64,000 nucleotides of DNA, from the NCBI GenBank assembly GCA_021613535.1, contig CP075493.1, positions 5,580,001-5,644,000 on the forward strand. Direction: 5' to 3'. Shown piece after piece: positions 30,731-41,751 of this stretch. How positions within the stretch are numbered: position 1 is the first letter of the stretch; every line of letters begins with the position of its first letter. Both the position numbers and the translations under genes were made by a program. Source of the stretch: Adineta vaga. Lineage: Eukaryota; Animalia; Rotifera. The notes beneath the pieces are model-generated. The model worked only from the letters and a program-made list of their open reading frames with translations. It had not been told where the DNA came from and did no database searches.

Positions 30731-31851
30731 TCAACGTCTGCGTTTAGCATGTTCTTTATCGCCATCATTGATTCTCTCAAGACATCGTTGTTCGTCTTTG
30801 TCTTCCTTGCAAAAACGTTCGGAACTTTCAATCAGTTTATTCACTTCTTGATCTGCTTCTGCAACTATTGCCTTTTCTACCTCACCAATTTTGAGCAGAT
30901 GTTCACTGAAATTTTCAAGATTTTCATCTTTTTTTATATTCTCTCGTAAAATAGCTGGTACAATTACACGAGCATACTAAAGAAATGATGGAAACATAAG
31001 GTAGAATTTGCTATATTACTGTATAGAGGTTCTGTCTTACTCTTGGATTCAGTGAAGTGTTGAGATCATACACAATTGCAATTCGTTGGGATTCAAGAAG
31101 ATGATCATCAATTTTACCATCAACGTGACGTCGAGCGGCTTTAGTATAAATATCAATAATTTGAGAAATAAGTCGATTGGGTTCTTTGTCTTGTGCTTGC
31201 CTACGACGGCGGCCTGACCCTTCCAAATCACACTTTGAGTTAACACAAACACCACTTGATTTACCGATTAGTTCAAACGATTGAGTGATGTAAAAATTAA
31301 ACCAATCTCCCTGAATATTATATTAATATCCTATGAATACATCGAAGTCCAATAAATTATTACATACTCTATATCCGATCTCAACTCTGACATTGTCAGA
31401 TTCATGAATATAAGTTCCAATAGACGTTGCAGGACTGTTCAATGGACATTTCAGTGATGATACAGGTGATTGATTAGCGATACTATCTCTGATAACACAT
31501 GGAACCGGATGATCATCCGTAGGAAAAAATATCACTGTATACTACGATTAAAACATAAGTATTGTATATAATATAATGAATATGAAAAGTGCTTACCTCG
31601 ACGATAGGATATTCTCTTCCATTTTGATTTGAAGTAACAAAAATTTCAACGAATTCATTTCTGAGCAATACTTCGGTGCAATTAGGACGGCACAAAAATT
31701 GTTCTCCATTTTCACCGGCTGCTTTTGGAAATGGTTTCAGATGTGGATCGTTCCAATAATGGCATTCTCCAACCTCGTCGAAACTTCGTATCTTAAGTGA
31801 ATACGAAGTCGACAAGTAAAGAATACCAGCAACGATTATTAAACGATTCAT
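30731..31851 (-). CDS. Secreted RGM/VWD-like protein (4 exons)
   Basis: Signal peptide MNRLIIVAGILYLSTSYS. CHYWNDPHLKPF resembles the RGM/VWD C..GDPH..F motif. LLRNEFVEIFVT and SGVCVNSKC follow, then a basic RRRR site. Exons splice in frame. Confidence 0.65.
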
Positions 31852-32620
31852 TTGATAAATAAAAGTAATGATAAAGGTATGTTGTGATTCTATATATATA
31901 CAGTTTTGGTTGATAAAGTATAATAAGCAATATATATATCAGATGACAGCGACTTCCGAGTATGATTTTTTTCTGAGTTATAGCTATGTATCAATGGACA
32001 GAAATAATTGTAAAATTATTTGAGAAATAAAGATGATAAATTTATATTGACAGCTGATATAAAGACTATAAACATATACGTCAATCGGTTTATTTGATTT
32101 GATCAACATGATCTGATCCTATGAATCATTCGTTTTCGTATCTAGTGAATGATTCAGATAAAGTATATTACGTACGAGATGACCCGAATAGCAATGCAAT
32201 GAATCCTATTTCTTTGTCTATTTTATTTAAAATATACGTTCAAACCACATCACTTTTATATGCATCCGTAAATGAGTAATGAAGAACTACTTGAATTCCA
32301 ATAATTGCAAACATGAATTATGGTATGACGTATTTTACCGAAGCGATCAAAGAGGAAACTTTTGTTTAAATATCCTATTTTTACTATTGATATATTTTGC
32401 ACATATGTAATCATTGATCAAGAAAAAACCTAATTAACATACAGAGAGAGAGCAAAATAAGTCTACATCTGATAATACAGTTAACACACAGAAAAAAAGA
32501 AAAACATTATTTTATATATAGATTGAGTATTTTATCCGTCGTTTATTGATTGTTTTCTAAAACAAAGACAATATATTCATTTTTAGGGGAAAAAATCTTT
32601 TAAAATAAAGACTTACGTAA

Positions 32621-33217
32621 TCAAACTTCAACAGCTGTGTTGCCATTAACAATAATATTATTTTCAGATTCTTTTGTTTCCATAATAGGTGTATCTACTA
32701 TTTCAGTAATTTTAATTTTCTTTGTTTGATCAGTTGGACGTTCATCATTATCATTCGTTGTTTCTTCTGCAGGTTCATCCTCTTGTTCAAGTTCACGTTT
32801 CTTACTATTGGTACTATCAGTACCATTTGAAATAACAGCTGATTCTTCTTTTTCACTTTCATTCACTTCTTTTAATGGTATATTAGGTCGACCAGGTGAT
32901 ACACAAGTCGGAGGTACAGATGTACTTGTTTCAGCAACATTTTCTTGTTCATTAATTGATTTATTTGATGAAACTACTTCATCTTCTTTCTTTTCTACAG
33001 ATATTTCTTCTGTTGTTTTTGTGGATACATCTTCAGTAATTGCTTCTTCACCATTGGTTTTTGGTTCATCGTTATTCATAACTGCTTGTTCACCGTTCAT
33101 TTTCAATGAATCTTTTGAAATAGACGATTCTCCATTTGTCTTTGATGTATCATCAGTAACTGTTTCAACAACAGCTGTTGATTCTTCGGTTTGAATGGGT
33201 GCTTCAGTATTTTCCAT
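32621..33217 (-). CDS. Acidic intrinsically disordered protein with C-terminal bipartite NLS (prothymosin-like composition), intronless
   Basis: ~198 aa ORF from the ATG at 33217, rich in E/T/S/N/K with no aromatic residues, carrying KKRELEQED...DQTKKIK near the C-terminus. Confidence 0.7.
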   Translation of the reverse strand: MENTEAPIQTEESTAVVETVTDDTSKTNGESSISKDSLKMNGEQAVMNNDEPKTNGEEAITEDVSTKTTEEISVEKKEDEVVSSNKSINEQENVAETSTSVPPTCVSPGRPNIPLKEVNESEKEESAVISNGTDSTNSKKRELEQEDEPAEETTNDNDERPTDQTKKIKITEIVDTPIMETKESENNIIVNGNTAVEV

Positions 33218-34028
33218 GGTTTTTCTCGAAAACAAACTTCAACAAAGAAAACGGTATACGATCGGTTCGTCCGGATATGTTCGCTTACTTATGAAAGAGG
33301 AATGAACTTGTTGTGACTAGTCCGACGGTTAGATGTAGAATGAGACGATATGTAGAAAACGCAAGCAAGTTATATAATGATATAGGCAGACGGACGGACG
33401 GATAGATATATAGATAGAGAAACAGACAGACAACGGATTATTGTTCAATTTTAAAAAGACAAAGAATTAACGAGGAAATTCTCGAAATATTTCTTTCAGA
33501 CATTGAATCAGAAAAAAAATCTTTCAAAATTGAAATAATTATAATTAATATTCTTTAAAAAACTAAAATAATATCAAGATTATTGATTGGTAATTCTGAT
33601 AAACCAATAGAAAACGATCGAATTCCGTATAGTTATAGTTATGATATAATAATAAAATCAAATAGTCATCGTCACTTTTGTTCGTCTTTGTTTCGTAAGA
33701 AAAAGAAAGATATAATGTCAATGGATGAAGAAATTAAGGTCGATTGGAATAAGTACAGCTGGTGGACATAATATGGATAAAGTGAATGATATTAATCACA
33801 AACGAGAAAACGATAAAAATGAAACAAGCATTAACTCGAAAGAAGACGATTGTACGGATCTATCAATAACACCAAAGAAATATATGGAAAATAATTGAAA
33901 CAAATCCAAAAATATCGAATTGAAGAACTTATTGTAGTTTAATTTGATTGTTTTATCAAATATCTTTAAACGTTATATTATTATACATATCGAATCAACT
34001 TTTACTTTTTATTTTAGATTAAACGATT

Positions 34029-35257
34029 ATGACAACAGCAACAGCAACAACAACATCGGCATCATTTTGTCGTGTTGAAATCAAGTAAGTTTAAAATTAT
34101 CTTCTAGAAGATTCGAAGATTTCTCATTCGTTAAGTTTCACCTTCAATTGCCCATGTTTATTTAGAGATGAAGAGGCCAATGCATCGTTTCTCCTTGGTA
34201 AACGTGATGTATTATTAAATAATTATCAATCAGCATGCGATCATCTATCGAAAACTTGTGAACGAATGTGAGAAAAGATTTATCGTTTATGTACAATAAC
34301 GTAAAGAATTTCTTCTAGTGTTAAATTATCTGGAAATGATACGACACCTGAACTTGCGGAACCATATTTCTATTATGGTCAAGCCTTACTTTATCTTGGC
34401 CTTAGTGAACAACAAGTATTTGGCAGTGATATTGTCAAAGGTGAATAAAAAAAGTCTTGACTGGTTGTGCAATTGACTCTGATTCATTGATTTTTGTAGA
34501 TACAGATAATGATGAAAATGAAATAATCGAAGAAGAAAACGAAGAAGACGATAAACCTACTGGATCAACAGAGAATGGAAAAGGTGAACAAGGAGAAGGA
34601 GAAGTAGACAATGAAGATGATTCTATTCCTGATGATGAAAATGTTAATGATCTTGAACGTGCATTTGAAATTCTTGAATGTGCACATATGATCTATTCAA
34701 AAATGTTAGATGATTATCCAAATGATTCATTTATTATCACGCGTATAGCTGATATTCATGTAATGCTTGCAGATATTTGTAATGAAAATGGTGATCATGA
34801 AAATGCTCTTTCAAATGTTCTCAAAGCTATTGAATTACAAGAAACAATCAATGAACAGCAACGTTATCGTTTACTTGCTGAAAGTTATTATAAATTAGGT
34901 TTAATCTATGAATTAATCGGTAAATTTTCTGAAGCAATGGAAAGTTTTGACAAAGCAATTGATGCAATTCATCAAGCAATGAAACAATTAGATGGTGATG
35001 ATAAAGAAAGTGAACGAGAAGAATTGAAATCACTTCTACCAGCCATGGAACTCAAACGAAATGATGCAAAAGCATCGCTTGCTGATCGACATTTAATTGC
35101 ACAAGCAAGAAAAATTCTTATGGGAACAAATAATACAACAGAAGCTAAAACAACAGAAGCACCAGCTAAAGATATTACATTAAATGTTCGACATAAACGA
35201 CCAGTTACTGAAATCGAAAACGATGAAGAAGCGACTAAGAAAGTTAAAAATGAATAA
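34029..35257 (+). CDS. NASP: NASP/Sim3-like SHNi-TPR histone chaperone
   Basis: LGKRDVLLNNYQSACDHLSKTCE...ELAEPYFYYGQALL, an acidic insert, DLERAFEILECAHMIY, YRLLAESYYKLGL, EELKSLLP and a C-terminal VRHKR...KKVK NLS. Confidence 0.88.
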
Positions 35258-35322
35258 AACTCTGTGTGTTGTTAATATGTGTAAATTCAAATAAAACTCA
35301 TCTAGTTGATTATTTCTTGTAG

Positions 35323-36438
35323 ATGGATTTTAGTCGTTTAGCATTTGAATTTCAATGGGAACAATGTTTTTCTTTAATAGACAAATGGAAAAACACGATG
35401 ATAGATCATATACTTCATGTACATCAAGAAAAATTCTCCGAAATTGAAATGTATAAAGAACAAGCAGAAAAAAATGTACTTCATGAAAAGACAAATTTAA
35501 TCTTGAATATGAATGAATATTTTCAACATCCATCTATTTTATCCAATGAAATAGATATATTTAAAATTCGATTAAATCAATTGAAACAAAATATTATTCA
35601 TCGTCCATTACCATTAAACATAGATATCGATGCATCTTCATTAAAAAATTCCATCTTAATTCATCCGATTTTCGATAAACATGTTTTCAATCAACGAAAT
35701 CTTCTTGTCGAATATCAATTGAATACTCAATCGGTATATTTAATCGCGACATCAAATAATCAAATTATTCTTGTTAATAATCAATTGAAAATATACTTAT
35801 ATGATAAATTAATTGGTTTTATCAATGAAATCAATCTCTTAGATCACACGGACGAATTTCTAAATGATATATGTTGGTCATCAACTTATAAAAATTTTCT
35901 TTTTCTCTGCGATCATTCACTGTGGTCATTAGAAAATTTACAATTGAAAAAACTTGCACAAATAACAAATAAAAAACATTTCGTTAATAATTTAACATCA
36001 TTTCATAATACAATATTTCTTATTTATAATCAAGGAGAATTTATTGAACGATGGAGAATTCAACCGGAATGGAAATTAGAAAAACGCTGGATAAAACAAC
36101 ATCAAAATGATAGCTTAATTTCAATAAGTTCAAATCGCGAACATTTACTTTTTTATACAACAAAATCAATACAAATATCTACGAATGATTTGATCATTCA
36201 ATATTCAATTGATTTAACAAATCATGACCATATCTATTCAAATTTTATTTTCTTATCCCAATATCAAATTTGGTTAACAGTTGATAAACAAACTAAAATG
36301 ATCAATTATTTTCATTTAAATCAGCGAACTATTCAAACACTTGATCAGATAGATGTTCGAGTGATAAGTGCAATGGGTAACGATTTGGCTCTTATTACCA
36401 AAGATAAATGGCGTTTACAGATAGTTTCCTTTACATAG
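35323..36438 (+). CDS. Hypothetical 371-aa protein, intronless; predicted coiled coil followed by beta-propeller-like region
   Basis: Long uninterrupted ORF. The N-terminal segment is helical (LIDKWKNTMIDHILHVHQEKFSEI) and the C-terminus has short beta-strand repeats (LNDICWSS, IERW). The fold assignment is an inference. Confidence 0.7.
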   Translation: MDFSRLAFEFQWEQCFSLIDKWKNTMIDHILHVHQEKFSEIEMYKEQAEKNVLHEKTNLILNMNEYFQHPSILSNEIDIFKIRLNQLKQNIIHRPLPLNIDIDASSLKNSILIHPIFDKHVFNQRNLLVEYQLNTQSVYLIATSNNQIILVNNQLKIYLYDKLIGFINEINLLDHTDEFLNDICWSSTYKNFLFLCDHSLWSLENLQLKKLAQITNKKHFVNNLTSFHNTIFLIYNQGEFIERWRIQPEWKLEKRWIKQHQNDSLISISSNREHLLFYTTKSIQISTNDLIIQYSIDLTNHDHIYSNFIFLSQYQIWLTVDKQTKMINYFHLNQRTIQTLDQIDVRVISAMGNDLALITKDKWRLQIVSFT

Positions 36439-36560
36439 ATCAGATATATTCTCTTCTTGTTTCCTTTTGTTTGTTTTCCTTCCTTCTCTTGTTTTTTTGT
36501 TGATTTTTGACATGTAAATTATGAATATAGACGAACTTGATATTTTAGATTAGAATAATC

Positions 36561-38781
36561 ATGGCGAAAGCAACTATTACAATTTTATGTCCTAGTGGAC
36601 ATCGACGAAAAGCAAATATGACACCGAATAGCAATTTATTGCAAGTAAGAAAGTTTCTCATGATATAGTTTAGAGAATAAGATGAGAATCGAAAGTTCAG
36701 TTAAGATAGTTTGTACAAAATACTGATTAGACTAGATCAAATTTCGATGTACTTTAATTGTTTATTTTGTTTCTTATCTTGTAGGTTTTGGAAGATATGT
36801 GTCATCAAGAAAATTTAGATTCATCTGAATGGGGTATTATGTAAGTCAATTGAAAATATCTTGTTTAATCGTAGCTAAAATCGAATTATAGACATCAACG
36901 TAAAAAATGTGATTTAACAATACCATGGCGTTTAACAGCTATACCAACGAATGCTCTTTTAGAAATGTATAAATTAGAAGAACGTCGACCTCTAAGTGAT
37001 GTAACTGTTCAATTACAATTACCAGATAGTTCAAGACATGCAGGTAGTTTTCAACCTTCAATGGTACTTCGAGAGATGTTGAATTGGTATCGCTGTCAAC
37101 CTAATAGGTGAATTGTTATTACTAAAGAAGTTTTCAATGAGAATTTTAATTAAATTTAAGTTCACTAGCAGTCTTCGATAATTCAATGCATAATGGCGAA
37201 CAATTATATCCAGTATGTTCATACATGAGTGAAGAAATCATTGGCGATTATGCTCTATCGAATACTACTATACGAGAATTAGGACTTACAAGTGGAGCAG
37301 CAGTTATTCGGTACGTGTGCAAAAAACAAAACTTAGATAACCATTGTATTTGAATATGTATTTCATATTATTTCAGTTATAATCATCGTGCAATGAACGA
37401 AGAAGATTTGAAAAAGAATAATAGTCGTATTGATGAAAAACTCGCTCGTCGTCGTCCACAATCACAACAACAGCAACAACAAATCGTACAATCTGCCAAT
37501 CCGGGTCCTGTATCTACTACTACTACTACTACTACTACTACAACTGCTCTTCCCACGACAACAATATCTACTCCTCAATATTCTATTAAAGATACTTCAG
37601 TGACATCTTTTCGTAATGATGAATATTCCATATTTCGTGATCCTCCCGTTTCTCGTCCGACTACTACCACAGTATGTATTTATCTATCATTTGGATAAAG
37701 AAAAGTAGACTTAATTATTTTACACTAGTCTCAACAACAACAAGTTACATTAGCTGAAGCATTAGGTATAAATATCGCATTTGATCAATCATCTGCATTT
37801 CAGCAACAGCAATCATTAGATTCTCAACCTAATTTTAGTGATTTTAAAGTAATTTCATAATACTCATAGATGTACATTTAATTTAATTATTTTAGTTTCC
37901 TGAAGCAACTAAAGGTCAAAATCTCTATCAGAATGACTCTTCTGGAAATGATCATCATTCACGCAATTCAAAAGTAAATTTGTTCTAATAATAATATTTG
38001 ACATATCATTTCCTTACATGAAAATTAGTCTTGTGATCGGCATATAATGGCTTATGATCTTACAAAGATTCCTTCTACATCGGCAAATAACACTGAAGAT
38101 TTACCAGATAGTTTTTTTGAATTAACATCTGATGATCTTCGATCAGTGTTAAATAGTTTACGACAGCAAAGGTAATTTGAATTATTCTTGTACAAATACA
38201 TGAAATTACAAATATCATCGATTATTTTTAGTGCGGAAGATAATCCTTTAGAAACGCGTTCAATGCGTGAAAGAGCTCAATCAGCACGTATTAATGCCTA
38301 TGAAAATATTGCTATACGATTCGTTGTTAATTCTAATATTATTCTTCAAGGATTATTTTATCCCAACGAAACAGTTGCAAATCTTCTTGAATTTGTTCGA
38401 ACAAACTTGATATGTCCTCAACTGACACAATCAGATTTTTATCTTTATACATCACCACCACGTGTTGTACTATCAGATTTAACTAAATCACTTTCAACAT
38501 ATGATTTAATTCCAGCTGCTTATGTTTATCTCGGTCATCGAAAAGTATCACCACTTGTTATTGAACTTGCATCGAATATTCGTATTGGAACTATAGATGA
38601 AGCAAATCAATTAGTAACACAATATGTATTCAATCGTTCAAATTCAATGAATGTCGATGAAAAATCAACTACAGACACAAATAATACGAATCGACCTGTA
38701 AAACGAAATACAACAGCGACTAATTTGGATGATAAACAAATCCGAGATAAATTAAGTAAATTTTTACCTGGTAAAAAATAA
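36561..38781 (+). CDS. ASPSCR1: TUG/ASPSCR1 (UBXN9) UBX-domain protein
   Basis: ITILCPSGHRRKANMTPNSNLLQVLEDMC (TUG UBL1), VTVQLQLPDSSR, EDLPDSFFELTSDDLR, and a UBX domain IRFVVNSNIILQGLFYPNETV...FYLYTSPP. Confidence 0.9.
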
Positions 38782-39297
38782 ACAGTTCGATTTTGCTTTC
38801 ATTTTTATTTGTATCTTATTCATGAGTTTAAAAAACAATAAATTTATCCTAGAAAAAAAAAACTAGACAAAAAAAACAGACGAAATTCCAGCAGATGCGC
38901 TATTTCACTGCGAAGAATATGGGTGGGAAAGAAGCGTCGGAAGACGTCAACAATGCAAAAAATGACCTTAGAATATGCAGAAAAAGAATCTTATGCGTTT
39001 GTCAACATTATCATATCATAACAGTAGAATAAATGAATCTGATGATATTTCCTAGAAAATAAGTTCATGTCAACATATTGTTTATCTATAATTTCATCTA
39101 TCAAATGGAAAATAAATCGTTGAATGCATGTCTCTCATTGATTGAAGATCTCTTATTCGAGTTTTGTACTTAGAGAATATATTCTATACAAATGATTATA
39201 ACTTTATTTAATTGAACAATGCTCGTTTTTCATTAAACAGATAAGGACAAAAAAGAAAATTTAACATTTATTTGGATTACGTTTTTTTTCGTCCGGA

Positions 39298-39573
39298 TCA
39301 ATAGAGAATTTGTGATTTACTGTAACCAACTCGATGTCTTGGATGATGATTTGGATGTCGACCTGTACAGATATTCGATGGACGACAACGACATATAGGA
39401 CAATCAGTTTTATCCATAACATGACCACATTGACAATACATTGAACATGTTGGTGGACATCGTCGATATCCATTTCGTGTTTGAGCAGGAAGAGCTTCGA
39501 TATTAATTGGTATCAAACAAAGACAAAGTCCAACCACGACAAAAGTTAAAAATAGAAATATTTTAATATTCAT
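39298..39573 (-). CDS. Secreted antistasin-type cysteine-rich peptide
   Basis: A signal peptide precedes CPPTCSMYCQCGHVMDKTDCPICRC, which fits the antistasin C-x3-C-x3-C-x2-G-x3-D-x3-C-x2-C-x-C pattern. The tail is His/Arg-rich. Confidence 0.75.
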   Translation of the reverse strand: MNIKIFLFLTFVVVGLCLCLIPINIEALPAQTRNGYRRCPPTCSMYCQCGHVMDKTDCPICRCRPSNICTGRHPNHHPRHRVGYSKSQILY

Positions 39574-39641
39574 TTTATGTGAACACTATGACGGCAAAAT
39601 AGAGAAATAGAATATCTGATTTAGCTTGATAATAACTAGTA

Positions 39642-39647
39642 TTTATA
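39642..39647 (-). promoter_or_regulatory. Candidate TATA box of the antistasin-type gene
   Basis: The minus strand reads GTATATAAAT about 70 nt upstream of the ATG. The AT-rich background limits significance. Confidence 0.3.
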
Positions 39648-40077
39648 TACACAACTAACAGAACCGGAAGAAGAAAGTATTCCAAGAACGTAATATGCAT
39701 GAATCAGATATCTTCTTCTTCTTCTCTTTTCCAGTTTCTTGATATCATGCTTCGATATCCGACTTGCTATTTATAGGAGATAAATTATTTCTACAATCAA
39801 CAGTTTTCCTATGTACCGCCAGACCAAAAAGATTTAAGGAATAGATGTCGCTAAATAACAATATTCAAATTGTATCGAACAAATTTATCACAAAAATGAA
39901 AATTAAATATATTTATAGAAAAGTTCTGATGTTCAAAAAAGACTTATTTCTTTTCATGTGAAAAATTAAAATCGATTCTGAACTCCAATGGAATTGCTAC
40001 TACTAAAACCGATCCGATGATATGATGATATTGAATCATTGATTGAAGTTTTTTCAACGAATATAAGAATTAAGAAT

Positions 40078-41158
40078 ATGTTTTCGTCAAGTCGATCTCT
40101 CTGTTCAGCTCGATTCATTTCGCATCATTTATTTCGATGTCTTCCACGCGTTGCTACATCTAATGATCAATCAACAGGAGACAAATCATCTGATTATGCA
40201 GTAATCAATTCATCTCAACAACATCAAACAGTTATATTTAATGATTACAATGTAGTTAAACCATCAAAACCAGCGACTCGTTCGCGATCAATACCAAAAT
40301 CAGTTCCAAAATTAGTTGATATTCAAACAGGATTAAATCATTTTCTAAAAGAATGTGATGAACGTACATTATTGATTACTATTGAAAATAAATATAAATT
40401 ATTCGATAGTAATACTGTGGCTACTTTCATTCAATGTCTTTATGATTTAAAGATTAAACGTGATTCGTTGGAAAAATCTCATCAACGAATTTATGATTTC
40501 GTCGATTATTTTAGTAAGAGAAATTAAACAAGAAATTTTAGATTATTTAACTATTTTATAACCATCTTAAATTCTAGTATTAAAACATGGTCCACAATTT
40601 GATTTTGATCATATTCTAACCATCTATTTCCAATTATCATCATTAAATGGTACTGCTAATCTTACATCATATTCAGGCAATTATGCTTTAAAAGCACTTA
40701 TACAATTATTAAAACATAATGTGAATAAATATCATTTACAAGATACTGGACGTATTTTACTTACACTTGAACAAGATCTTCATTGTAATATAAAAGATGA
40801 CGAAAGAATTCGTCCATTATTTGATGCATGTTTTCTTCTAACAAAATTTCGTCAAAATGAACTTGATCGTTTAGATGCTCGATCATTAGCAGAATTAGCG
40901 TATGTCTTTGCATCTGAACTTGATCATGTCTATTTTACAAATATTCTTACCGAATATATTCATGATGAATATTATCATGATAAATATTCGACTATGCTAT
41001 TATTTCGTGCGTTAAATCGTCGTGGTTATAAACATAATCGAACATTAGATATTTGTCTTCATTTTGTACATGAAAACAAAGAATTATTCGAAGAAAAAGA
41101 ACTCGATGAAATAAAACAATGTCTCAAAAAATTAGATTATCATATATCAGAAGAATAA
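40078..41158 (+). CDS. Probable mitochondrial alpha-helical protein (FASTKD-like, tentative), 2 exons
   Basis: The N-terminus MFSSSRSLCSARFISHHLFRCLPR is R/S/L-rich and acid-free, like a transit peptide. The body is Leu-rich and helical, with an intron at ~40514-40577. The family call is weak. Confidence 0.55.
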
Positions 41159-41751
41159 TTAGATTTTTCTTTTCTATTTTCTAGATAAGATTTACTATTC
41201 TTATTTCTCACATAGATATAAATGTCAAATATTTTTTTGGTTGCAGTCATTTTTGACCTGATTTTTAAATATCAAAAGATCATGTATGAAATATATATGA
41301 ATATGTTAGTAAAATTTTCCAAGATCTCCAATTCTTATTTTTAGGTCGTCAAACATATTTATCGTCATTATTTAAGTATCATGTTTGAAATATACTCTTA
41401 TATAGAATAGTACTCATCGTACATTATTTTCTCATTTAAGAATGTTTCCTTGCGAGCACTTATGGAAGAAACAAAATCAATCGTTTCGAAGGAGTGCTTG
41501 ATGTCTGCCTAAACATTTTTGCAAAACAATCTTTTTTTTTCTCTCTCTTATATTCTATTGACTTCTCCCTACGATTCGTTCTCAATAATATATCAAGAAC
41601 ATTTGAATTTATTTATTTACGGAACATTTCTTCGGTCTCCTCAAATAAAAAGGTCGTTGTTAATGTTTTTCATCACATGACCCGAGTGAATTTTGAATTT
41701 ATTTCTTAACAAAAACTAATTGCACTCGATAAGCAACGAAATAGAAAATTA

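Noticed and set aside
32122-32156. 10-bp inverted repeat TGAATCATTC...GAATGATTCA
   Set aside because: Short and AT-rich; too small for a miRNA precursor or MITE and plausible by chance.
32808-33194. 128-aa plus-strand ORF
   Set aside because: It is the antisense shadow of the acidic minus-strand ORF.
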